A stretch of DNA of 63,203 nt, counting the filler, from Octopus bimaculoides (Eukaryota), in assembly GCF_001194135.2 (NCBI RefSeq). It is 3 parts of 2 records of this genome, joined end to end, with 100 filler letters (N's around TTAATTAATTAA, not from the genome) between each part and the next. Parts side by side here need not be neighbours in the genome. Positions count along the whole stretch, not along the records: positions 23,134 to 54,693 come from NC_068992.1; positions 54,794 to 63,203 come from NC_068992.1; 1 more part is not named here. The stretch is one strand, 5' to 3'. Position 1 is the first letter of the stretch; the number at the start of each line of letters is the position of its first letter. The notes under the pieces were generated by a model. The model ran no database searches. It was not told where the DNA came from and saw only the letters and a program-made list of their open reading frames with translations. The translations under genes were made by a program, and so were the position numbers. Below are positions 51,665-62,355 of this stretch, one piece after another.

Positions 51665-51981
51665 GATTAGAGAGAGTTAACTAGATGGAAATAGAAGAGT
51701 TCAATATAAGGAGGTATTCTGGAAAAGGATGGATATAAGAAGTATAAAGGGAAATAAGAGAATAAAAATATAAATAAAAACATATGTAGGATGTTACAGT
51801 TGCAGCTCCATCATCAAGGAAAATGTTGTATAGAATGGGCAGAAATGCCTCCTGTCCATAGAATGCAGATTCCCATAGTTCATATATTGGTATTACAAAT
51901 GGATATGAACTCCTATCGGAATCCACATACCATTGACAAGATGCACTTCCACCCATTCCCCACACCGCATTCTTTCATATT

Positions 51982-52029
51982 GTTTCTGATGAAAGGATAT
52001 CCCAAATATTTCAGAAACAGATGTAAGAC
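51982..52029 (+). ncRNA. Minimal type I hammerhead ribozyme with intact catalytic core
   Basis: gttt-CTGATGA(51986-92)-a-aggatat-cccaa-atatttc-a-GAAA(52014-17)-cagat-GTA(52023-25)-agac. Stem I is gttt/agac. Helix III ACAGATGT is self-complementary apart from the central GA. Predicted cleavage after A52025. Confidence 0.7.
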
Positions 52030-52174
52030 TACCTTTCTCTTTATAAACGTCATATAAATTCCACACAGCCTTGGTTTTGTTGTCTCGTTTTATTTAACAT
52101 ATACGTACTCACACAAGACCCGTATTAGACTCCTCACTCGTATTATTATCGCATTGAGAGTCTAACTAAGGCCC

Positions 52175-52207
<33 letters not shown>

Positions 52208-53037
52208 NNNNNNNNNNNNNNNNNNNNNNNNNNNNNNNNNNNNNNNNNNNNNNNNNNNNNNNNNNNNNNNNNNNNNNNNNNNNNNNNNNTGTGTGTGTGT
52301 GTGTGTGTGTGTGTGTGTCTGTGTGTGAGTCTGCGTGCATGTAAATATTGACACATTTATGTGTGTACAGTGTATCTAAACTTTTTAAGTTGTTCCATAG
52401 AAAAAGACTGTGAAGTTGATTTACAAATAGATTCATGTTTTTATTTATCTACTTATTTATTTATTTCAAATGTCATTTGTTAATTTAAGTATCTTAGTTA
52501 CCTAACTGAATGTATCAATATATTTGCTGTAAAGTTCTTCTAAGGCTGCGTGCCAAGCTTTTCATCATAACAGACATTTGGCTCTAAGACATATATTTGG
52601 CAAGTAACGCCGCTGCTACTAATAACAATAAGCATTTAACCTTTCAGTTATTTTTAGTTTCTCTTCTGAGATTCCTTCCGAGATATATTTTCCAATACAA
52701 ATAAACAAATACTTATTTTCCAACAGCTTTTAAATATTAGTTTATTGCGTTCACACAAAGCCAGATATTTTAGCGGATGGAATGCGTATTAACGTCTGAT
52801 TGATGCAAATAGCGCCCGGATGGGTGAGAGAAAAGTCTACATCAGGAAAATCTCGAGCACAGAACAGAAAGAAACTGAATTAGATACCAGAATGCATTTT
52901 GAAGTCCATCGATCCTTTTAGTGTTTACATTGTAGTCATGTATAAGATAAAGCTGTGCCATAGGTTCCTAAAGGAATGCGAAGAACTTCGCAGAGTCTGT
53001 ATGAAACTGATTGGAGTTGTTGTTAAGAAGCGTCATA

Positions 53038-53257
53038 AGGCGGCGAGCTGGCAGAATTGTTAGCGCGCTGGACGAAATGTTTAGAGATATTTCGCCCGTC
53101 GCTACGTTCTGAGTTCAAATTCCGCCGAGGTCGACTTAACCTTTAATCCTTTACGGGTCGATAAAATGAATACCAGTTGAATACTGGGATCGATGTAATC
53201 GACACATCTCTTTCCCCAAAGTTGCTGCCATTGTGGAAAACTTTGAAATTATTATTA
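53038..53257 (+). mobile_element. SINE family B, best-preserved copy
   Basis: aaggcggcgagctggcagaattgttagcgcg...gagttcaaattcc (B box)...gggtcgataaaatgaataccagttg...tttgaaattattatt. Confidence 0.9.
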
Positions 53258-53871
53258 AGGCGCGCCATAATAGCGGAGAAAAATCTGGTGGCACCGGTTA
53301 CATAGTCTCTTTCTTCACATGTCATACTACAAATAGTTTCTGTAAGACACTGCAGGACGGAATTACTTTTAGCCGAACCTAGTAGCTACGAAGGATTTGC
53401 GACAGAACAGTTGATCTGGAATTAACGTCATATGCTTCTTCCACAAACCTTTGAGTATTACAAACGATAATGGACTCAACTTTCTCACCTTGGATGAAAT
53501 AATGAAACCCAAACATGACTTTTATTCACAATTATGCTATAAAGTATTTATTTGTCATTTAGTTTGTTTGCACCAAACGGTGGACATGGTCGAGAATAGG
53601 TACCATCAAATTTAGTATGTTACGATGAATTAAACCTAAAAATTTATATTTTATACACGCGGAGTTAGTTATAATTGCTAGACAAAGAATACGAGGACAA
53701 ATCAGGGGTGGAACCGCGAATGAGTCACTCGGCCGGTTAAATTTACATATATGGGGTCTTGAAAAAAATATATACGCTAGATGTTATTGATCTTTCTATG
53801 TCTAACAACAATGTCAGTATAGATTTCTTTGATCAAGCACATACACACACACACACATATATATATATATG

Positions 53872-54693
53872 TACTAGCTGACGTACCAGGTAATTCTCGG
53901 GAAAGCGGGGCTTATCCCTGGGTTCCGTTCTCATATGTGTTTCGCTAATCTAATAACAACAATACAAAGTATGTAGCCCTTAAAACGGTTTTTGTGTATT
54001 TCCACAGGATCTTGTATTTAGGAATTCCCAATAATTTATGAATACCCAAATTGTGAAGTCAGTTATGTAATAACATGAAATTAGTTACCCGATAGTAAGA
54101 ATTCAAATAAAGTAGCTCCGAAAAGATCTTTAATGCGTTCGTGTTCCCTAGAACATAGGAGGAAATACTAATAAGATGTGTATATTAAAATCGTGAAGCA
54201 TGTTACGTAATAACAGGCTAATCAGATATGAGATAATAACAATTCAAAGTAAATGCGTTCCCAGAGAATATTACCCTCAGCGGAGCTAGTGTTGGTATGT
54301 TTGTGAATAAGTAACTAACTGAAATAAGTTGATCTATTGTTTAGGAAAATACTATTTACTTGTTTAAGGGTTGTAGTGGATAAATTACTAAAATAACTGT
54401 AACAGTTCAAATACTAAGGAATAATTATACTCAATTCGATTTATACCAAATGATTTAAGAAAATGAAAGGGTTATTTCCCTTGGCTGTTAAAATCTGAGT
54501 GAATGGGTTATTTTCCTTGGCTATTGATATGAAATATATTAGATATATATATGTATATATAAGGATCCCTTCCAGGAGCCCTATTTTTCAACAATCTTCG
54601 TATGCCAAGAGTTTCCCAGACATGAGTTGTACTCACGTGTGAAGTTTCATCAAAATCGATAAAACGATGTAGGTGGAGTTAGCTAACAACTCC
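53872..54693 (+). mobile_element. Probable Helentron/DINE-1-like non-autonomous element (HINE), cut by the scaffold join
   Basis: 5' end TACTAGCTGACGTACCAGG...CTCGGG, internal short direct repeat (gggttatttcccttggct x2, ~54469-54524), and 3' gtgaagtttcatcaaaatcg...aggtggagttagctaacaa. Both ends resemble HINE/DINE-1 terminal motifs. Confidence 0.45.
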
Positions 54694-54793
54694 NNNNNNN
54701 NNNNNNNNNNNNNNNNNNNNNNNNNNNNNNNNNNNNNTTAATTAATTAANNNNNNNNNNNNNNNNNNNNNNNNNNNNNNNNNNNNNNNNNNNN
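54694..54793. other. Artificial 100-bp scaffold join: 44 N + TTAATTAATTAA + 44 N
   Basis: Identical to 23034-23133; the 12-mer is at 54738-54749. Confidence 0.95.
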
Positions 54794-54815
54794 TAATAAT
54801 AATAATAATAATATT

Positions 54816-54909
<94 letters not shown>

Positions 54910-54970
54910 ACAATTGCTATGGTCATTATTATTGTTGTTGTTGCTGTTGTTGTTGCTGCTGCTGCTACTA

Positions 54971-55152
54971 CTGAGCTAACAGAATCGTGACCGAACAAAA
55001 TGCATAGCAGCATTTCGTCCGTCTTTCTGTTTTGAGCTCAAATTCTGCCGAGGTAACTTTACCGTTTATCTTTTAGGTGGTCGATATAAAATAAGTACCA
55101 GTTGAACTCTGGGGCTGAACTTGCTGGCCTTGAGCCAAAATTTGAAACCATT
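54971..55152 (+). mobile_element. SINE family B
   Basis: gagctaacagaatcgt...gcatttcgtccgtc...gagctcaaattctgccgagg...aaataagtaccagttg...ccttgagccaaaatttgaaacc. Confidence 0.8.
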
Positions 55153-55159
55153 GTCATGA

Positions 55160-55222
55160 AGAGGAACGAAATGCTGCTCAGCATTTTGCCCGGCGTTCTA
55201 ACGATTCAGTCAGCTCGCTGCC

Positions 55223-55224
<2 letters not shown>
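55160..55224 (-). mobile_element. SINE family B head only, inverted relative to the adjacent copy
   Basis: The reverse complement acggcagcgagctgactgaatcgttagaacgccgggcaaaatgctgagcagcatttcgttc matches the family-B head. Confidence 0.8.
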
Positions 55225-55283
<59 letters not shown>

Positions 55284-55317
55284 CAGCAGCAGCAGCAGCA
55301 ACAGCAGCAACAACAAC

Positions 55318-55355
<38 letters not shown>

Positions 55356-55365
55356 CAACAATAAT

Positions 55366-55612
55366 ATGACATGGTCAGTTCCACCGTGAAACCAACAACT
55401 TAAAGGGCCAGGAATCATCATGGAGGTGGTTCTGCAAGGATGAACTTAAAAAGAAGTCTGAAAGCCTAATCATCGCTGCCTAGGATCAGGCATTAAATAC
55501 CAACTCAGTGGAAAGGGATATATACCACACACGTGCACCTCTGCAGAATGTATGAGTAGAAGGTCGATAGCGTGACTCACATTGTTAGTGCTTGAGAATG
55601 TCTTGCGCAGAA
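55366..55612 (+). mobile_element. R4/Dong-type LINE internal fragment (post-RT region to zinc knuckle), abutting (AAT)n
   Basis: HGQFHRET...SWRWF...ELKKKSESLIIAA*DQALNTNS...DIYH...CRM...VDSVTHIVSA*ECLAQ, matching the HGQF / LIxAAQDQAL / CRxC..ETxxHIxxxC motifs. Confidence 0.85.
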
Positions 55613-56270
55613 TCACATCATGGTTGGCAAAGGCAATGACCACAGATATGTCGGACAATTAACAATCTCAAGAATAAATTCACTTTGAAATTTAATAAAT
55701 CATTTTACTTATTTTTTCACAAATTAATTCGTAAAGTTATAAACATTAAAGACTTTTTAATGACCCTGTCTATTAAGTGAAACATCTTAGTGTTGGTAAA
55801 TATAAGAAAACCGCGAAGATTGAAATGGAAGCCTCGGGTGAGAACAGCAGAGAAATGAATGCAGAACTTTGGTGGCATTGCAGCAGAGATACAACTTTTG
55901 CAATTACCTCGTAATATCATATTTCCGGAACCAGAGAAACAAATAATCTTTCATTTATGGAGTTATTTACGTCAGAGGTAGCAGGATATAGAAATATAAA
56001 ATCATATGAAATTGTAATCGACTGACTGCGGCAGTTGGAAGTATGGAATATCTTAGGATATCATATAACTAGAATGACAATAGAAAGTCAAGCCATAAAG
56101 TACAGTCTATAACTAATAGATTACAACTGATGTAATATTTGATCTGTACAACTCCATAAAAATATGGAGAACAAAAAGGGGGGAAAATATATATATTTTA
56201 CTGGAAAATATTCAACAATTACTATGCTGCCCCTGGTAACATCTCTTTCTCACTCTACCTCATGTGTGTG

Positions 56271-56340
<70 letters not shown>

Positions 56341-56342
<2 letters not shown>

Positions 56343-56474
56343 GGCACGTAATCGCCGAATCATGGGTTCGATTCCCAGACCGAGACACACGTGGTGTTCT
56401 TGAGCAAAACACTTCATTTCACGATGCTCCAGTCCACTTAGCTGTAAATGGGTTAACCCTTGTGATGGACTTGC
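56341..56474 (+). mobile_element. tRNA-headed SINE, family D, partial
   Basis: B box ggttcgattcc, then gtgttcttgagcaaaacacttcatttcacgatgctccagtccac. Confidence 0.7.
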
Positions 56475-56557
56475 TTATTATTTATATACTTATTTAGCTA
56501 CTATCAATAAAGACTGATACCTGGTACTGGCTAAAGGAACATTGATACCCTTCATGT

Positions 56558-56595
<38 letters not shown>

Positions 56596-56804
56596 ACTCA
56601 GAGTCACCAGTATCACCCAACTCTATCGCCAAACAAACACACAGACAGACGAACTCCATAAAGAAATGTAAACCATTTAAATATTTAGATGGTATCTGAA
56701 CGGTATTTGGTTGCTATAGACTTCACTATTTTACCTGGTGGTTTGTCTGCTGAGACAGGAGACTGTTTGTGAAGAAATCGAAGGGAGATTGGTTGAGGGA
56801 AGAA

Positions 56805-56839
<35 letters not shown>

Positions 56840-57774
56840 AAAGAGACAAAGCAGAAGACAAAAAGAAAAAGAAGCAGTCGACACCACAGAGAGAGAGAGA
56901 GAGAAGAAGAGGCGGAGAAGAAGAGTGCGTGTGTTTTATGATATCTCTTAAATCTAGAATGAAATCCGTTAATGAAGGCAAATGTGAAGACATGATGTTA
57001 TCAATGAAACAATTTTGAAGTTTTCGCATAAAATAAACTTTAATGGAAGTGATAAACGCTAAATTACACTTGCAAATGGCACCATATTCTGGTTAAGAGA
57101 CATCTTGTAGAAGAAACAGCTTCTTATGTTTGGAGATTTGAGTACAGCGGTGATATTTAGTTTCTTTTTCTTCTTTTTTTTTTGTCTGTTGTATCCCAAA
57201 ATAATCTTAGATACATTGCGATTAAGAGAGAAAGTAAAGAACGGTAGTCATCACACACACACACATTCACACACACACACACACTCACACACACACTCAC
57301 ACACACACACACACACTCACGCATGTACGCACACACACGCATGCACCTCTAGTTGAATGCACCTATAGCTTCGTCGGAGCTTTGTTCATACAAGGGTTAT
57401 AATCCAAGCTGGATCCTCATGATGTGCATCTGCATATTCTAGTTATCAAATGTATGTTGATGTTTTATTATAAATGGGATCATACATACAAGTTGTGGAT
57501 CTTCTACATGTTCTCTGCATGTATAAAATTCTTATGAATCTATTATATTTATAATAATATTATTATTCTTAATATTAATAATGTATTAATTATGCTGTAA
57601 TAAAACACGTATAGCATGGAATTAAAAATATACCAAGTTTTCCAATCTTTGTTTTAATATATATGAATACATGCATGATGTGTGTGTGTGTTATCATTTT
57701 TATTGTATTTGTGTAACATTGTTTCTTTTTTTTCCGTCCTTATTTTTGTATACATTCGTTGTATATATATATGT

Positions 57775-57824
<50 letters not shown>

Positions 57825-59041
57825 ATATGTATGTGTGTATGTATGTATGTATGTATGTATATATGGATGCAATTGTGTATGTGTATACATACACATGCAT
57901 AAAGGGCGAGGGTAAGAGAAAGGAATATATAAATTGCCGTACTTTACGTAAAAACCGAAAATTTTATTTCATTGATTGAAAATTGTGCAATAATAAGAAT
58001 AAAAGCTATCAACGTTGTTGAAAATTACTCTGCAAAGGGTGAACGGAGAGAACTTTGGAAATCTCAATCGATCATGTTTCCATGTATTAATGTATGTAGG
58101 AGTGTATACACTTATTTATTTATATAAAAAAAAAGAAGATGAATAGAGAGAGATGGGGGAGTGAGTGAAAGAGAATGAGTGTGAGAGAGGGGTACATAGA
58201 TGAATTGATAGCTAGATAGGTATCGAAATAACTTAAGCGAAATGGCGTATAGAAAATTTATCAAAATACAGATATTAAAATACCCATTTGATTATCAAAA
58301 TTCTCTTTGCCTTGGCATGAATGATTATTGTGAAAATATGAAAATGTCATATTTCCACAATATACATAGATCTGTATGTAAGAGATGTGTGTGTGTGCGT
58401 GTGTGTATGCGTGCGCGAGGTGAAGAGCGTGCTAGTTAAGAGGGAGAAAATAGCTTTTAGGTTGTTGTTTTTTGTTATGTTGAGAAATCATTAATAAAAG
58501 AGTGAAAAGAGGTCCAATACATTTCTATAGAATTCAGTTATTTTTGTTCGTGAGATAAAATCTCTAGTAGCCGTGGATGGTACTATTTCGTCTTCGTTCT
58601 ACATTCGTCAGCGCAATATAACTCGAGATTTGAAAATTAGTTAATCTGTGTTCATTTAAAAATTAAAAATGATCTATTTCTTCTTCTTCTTTTACGAATG
58701 GAGAGAGGGGGAGATAGAGAAAGATAGGCGAAGCAAGAATATCTTACATGTTTTTGAAACACACACACACACACACACACGCACATAAATACATACATTC
58801 TTTGATGTATTTCCACATGTCATTTCAGCGGAGATGCTTTTTTTATACATCCATTTATTAACGCTTAAAGTTTGAATTCATTTTTTATGCAGTGAGCTCT
58901 TTGCTATACTCTCACACGAATACATTTATCCATAGCTGGACCCGTGAGATATTTATTCATATCACTGATGTGTGTGCGCGCGCACATGTGTGTGCATGTG
59001 TGAGTGTGTGTGTGTGTCTGTGTGTGTATGCGTGTGTGAGT

Positions 59042-59087
<46 letters not shown>

Positions 59088-60751
59088 ATGTATACATATC
59101 AAATTTTTCAAATTATAGTCAACTTTATTTTTATATAACGATTTACGTAAGAACGTCATAATTTCGTATCGAAGTTATTTAATGTAGATGTATGTCTACA
59201 TATGTTTGTATGTATATGTATATATACGATATATATANNNNNNNNNNNNNNNNNNNNNNNNNNNNNNNNNNNNNNNNNNNNNNNNNNNNNNNNNNNNNNN
59301 NNNNNNNNNNNNNNNNNNNNNNNNNNNNNNNNNNNNNNNNNNNNNNNNNNNNNNNNNNNNNNNNNNNNNNNNNNNNNNNNNNNNNNNNNNNNNNNNNNNN
59401 NNNNNNNNNNNNNNNNNNNNNNNNNNNNNNNNNNNNNNNNNNNNNNNNNNNNNNNNNNNNNNNNNNNNNNNNNNNNNNNNNNNNNNNNNNNNNNNNNNNN
59501 NNNNNNNNNNNNNNNNNNNNNNNNNNNNNNNNNNNNNNNNNNNNNNNNNNNNNNNNNNNNNNNNNNNNNNNNNNNNNTATATATATACCTACACATATTC
59601 ATATTATGTGTATGCGTGTGCGTGTGTGTGTATGTATATATATATATATATGTGTGTGTGTATATATAATTTTATTTCTGTTTTTTTATAAAGTTATTTT
59701 CCTTTCCTTTTTCATCATAAATCTCCCATTTTCCACCAATCACATACATTCCTGTTTCTTTTCGTCTTTCTTTTTCTTTCTTAGTTTCTCTTCTTCTTCT
59801 TTTCCTTCCTCCTCTCCATATAAGTGCGTGTGCGTGACTATCTTTCTATTACCAATTGTGTATGAATATATGTGTGAATTTCGGTGCCAATATGTGTGCG
59901 TATACGCGTGTATACGCGTGTATACGCAATAGGTTTTTTTTTTTATCATAATAATAATAATCTCCCTGGTTGTTGTTATTATTGTTGTTGCTGCTGTTGT
60001 TGTTATCATCATCATCATCATCACCATCATCATTTTATAGTTTTTAATTTATACTAACTGCCAATCGAAATTTTTTTCTTTTCATATTTATCAGATTTTA
60101 ACACGCGCGCGCACACACACATACACACGTATTTGGATGTGCGTATGTATGAGTATGTGTGAATGTGTGTGAGTAATGAGTGTGTGTGTATGTGTGTATG
60201 TGTGTGGGAATGTGCGTTACTCGTGTAATATCTCTGTAAACCTGCCACCGCATCTCTTAAAATAGCATTTCAATTCGTTTACATATACATATATATANNN
60301 NNNNNNNNNNNNNNNNNNNNNNNNNNNNNNNNNNNNNNNNNNNNNNNNNNNNNNNNNNNNNNNNNNNNNNNNNNNNNNNNNNNNNNNNNNNNNNNNNNNN
60401 NNNNNNNNNNNNNNNNNNNNNNNNNNNNNNNNNNNNNNNNNNNNNNNNNNNNNNNNNNNNNNNNNNNNNNNNNNNNNNNNNNNNNNNNNNNNNNNNNNNN
60501 NNNNNNNNNNNNNNNNNNNNNNNNNNNNNNNNNNNNNNNNNNNNNNNNNNNNNNNNNNNNNNNNNNNNNNNNNNNNNNNNNNNNNNNNNNNNNNNNNNNN
60601 NNNNNNNNNNNNNNNNNNNNNNNNNNNNNNNNNNNNNNNNNNNNNNATATATAGACAGACAGAGGTGTAAATAGATATATTTAATATTTTCGTATAAATA
60701 TCAGCACAAATACGCGTGCGCGTTAGCTGTATATTTGTGTATGTATGTATG

Positions 60752-60795
<44 letters not shown>

Positions 60796-60943
60796 CGTGT
60801 GTATTTACGTGAATATAGGCGTATATTACATACATAAATTATACACACATATATATATGGAGAGAGAGAGAGAGCGCCGGTGATACACATTCATACATAT
60901 GTGTGTATAAGTATACATGTGTTTTTATGTGTGTATGTGTGTA

Positions 60944-60994
<51 letters not shown>

Positions 60995-61039
60995 CTCTAC
61001 TTCATATTGGGTTAATTGCTAAATTGCAAAAAGATCGAT

Positions 61040-61351
61040 TTATGAAAATAAAAAGAGAACGACCGCTAAAAACCAGGTAAATCCGAAGCAAACTGGCAGC
61101 ATTCTTGGAAACTGGTAAAGGTTTATTAGGTGAAGGGTTGTGATTGCAGTTGTGCTTCGTGTTTTGCCTCCAGTTGCTGTTGCAGCTGTTACTGCTGCTG
61201 CAGACGTTGTTGTTCTCTTCACTTTCGTCGTCGTTGTTGTTGTTCTTGTTGTTGTTGCTCCTTTCGTTGTAATACGGTTTGTTTTCTAATGCGGCAATGG
61301 TTGATGAATGTTGTTGAATTGGTAATTTATGGTTTCCAGAAATCCTTTCAT
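61040..61351 (-). CDS. Candidate terminal exon, frame ambiguous: Thr/Ala-rich stalk plus hydrophobic GPI-like tail behind an in-frame TAG (phase 0), or an Asn-rich open frame to 61002 (phase 1)
   Basis: Long pyrimidine tract and ttttcgctattacag|ATG at 61352. Phase 0: MKGFLETINYQFNNIHQPLPH*KTNRITTKGATTTRTTTTTTKVKRTTTSAAAVTAATATGGKTRSTTAITTLHLINLYQFPRMLPVCFGFTWFLAVVLFLFS*. Phase 1: xERISGNHKLP...NAASLLRIYLVFSGRSLFIFINRSFCNLAINPI*. Confidence 0.5.
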
Positions 61352-62107
61352 CTGTAATAGCGAAAACAAAACGAAACGAAACAGCAAAAAACAATACGAA
61401 ACGAAACGGTTTCTGTTTACACACAACAGTTCGATTGGCCACTTTCTGCAGTAGTTGTCCTGATATAACATCTCTGATAGACGTACAGGGTTAAAACTTC
61501 AAAAAGACTATTAGAAAGGGCTAAAGACGCGTCCCAGCAGCGGCCAGCGAGATCACCAAATGCATTTTGGCATGAGTGGACCTTTTCAATTGTGCGTACA
61601 AACAACTAGCCGCAGAAAATGATAAAACGCATCTAGCAGTCTTTCTCTGTTAATTATTTATTGTTTTTAACACAGCAAATGCATAAGAAATGTTATCTCG
61701 GGACAAATATTGCAGTAAATGGCCTATCGACTGGGTATATACATTGAATATGACAGGTATATGGCTATTTTAATTAAATACTGCCTTAGTTGCGTAAACC
61801 GAATTAGTTTCAATATTTGAATTAATATAGGAGACGTAATAAATCCTGTGGTAATGTATTAGGATGAGGAAGATGTAAATTAAGTGTCTCTTGTGCTCAA
61901 ATAGCTGTAATGGTGGTGGTTTATCTCCGGTAGGCTTAACCACGTCGAGTAGGGATCAGATTGAATGATAAACGTGGCGACAAGGCCAGGGATGCAACAT
62001 TGACGGATACACAGTTTTGGTGATGGAATCACCAAAATGCGATGAAGTTGTATGTGTGTGCGGTAACGCTTACACACACACATGTACGTGTGTGTGTGTG
62101 TGTGTGT

Positions 62108-62355
62108 GTCTGCTTCCACTTCCTGCGCTCGCGACGCTTCATCAACCAAGCGGAGGTGGAAGTTTCAGGGAAGGCGTTTTCGCCTCCAACGACAAAACCT
62201 GGTATCAGCGTTGGATCAAAGAACTGGCAGAAGGGTCATATCAGACGGTGCAACACGATGACCTCTCCTTTGAATGCGAGGCTGCTTTTCTTGTAAATGA
62301 GCGAACGAAACAAATAAGTTACCAAAATATTGCAAATCTTCTGACTCAACACAAT
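62108..62355 (+). mobile_element. Mariner transposon 3' fragment with right TIR
   Basis: HFLRSRRFINQAEVE, a frameshift, then FASNDKTWYQRWIKELAEGSYQTVQHDDLSFEC. This equals the mariner C-terminus FFASK...FY.RGI..L.ERW...V...G.YFE. TIR-like ttgcaaatcttctgactcaacacaat at ~62330-62355. Confidence 0.75.

Larger units (their letters stand above)
51545..52100. mobile_element. Two Penelope-type terminal-repeat fragments in divergent orientation, forming ~110-bp inverted repeats
   Basis: 51545-51655 and the reverse complement of 51990-52100 align almost base for base (by eye, roughly 85-90%). Each arm begins with a hammerhead fold. Confidence 0.75.

Noticed and set aside
52797-52810. Overlapping TGATTGAT (Pbx-type) and ATGCAAAT (octamer) motifs
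   Set aside because: The octamer occurs several other times in this AT-rich window (e.g. near 10605, 10701, 36617, 49138), and there is no independent support.
53036-53262. Apparent TAAGGCG target-site duplication around SINE-B, with a minus-strand frame restored on removal
   Set aside because: TAAGGCG also begins other SINE-B heads (e.g. 42349), so it is probably part of the element; the restored peptide is unrecognisable.
58578-58614. CTGACGA...GAAA on minus strand
   Set aside because: Stem II has only 2 bp, and stem I and helix III do not pair; probably chance.
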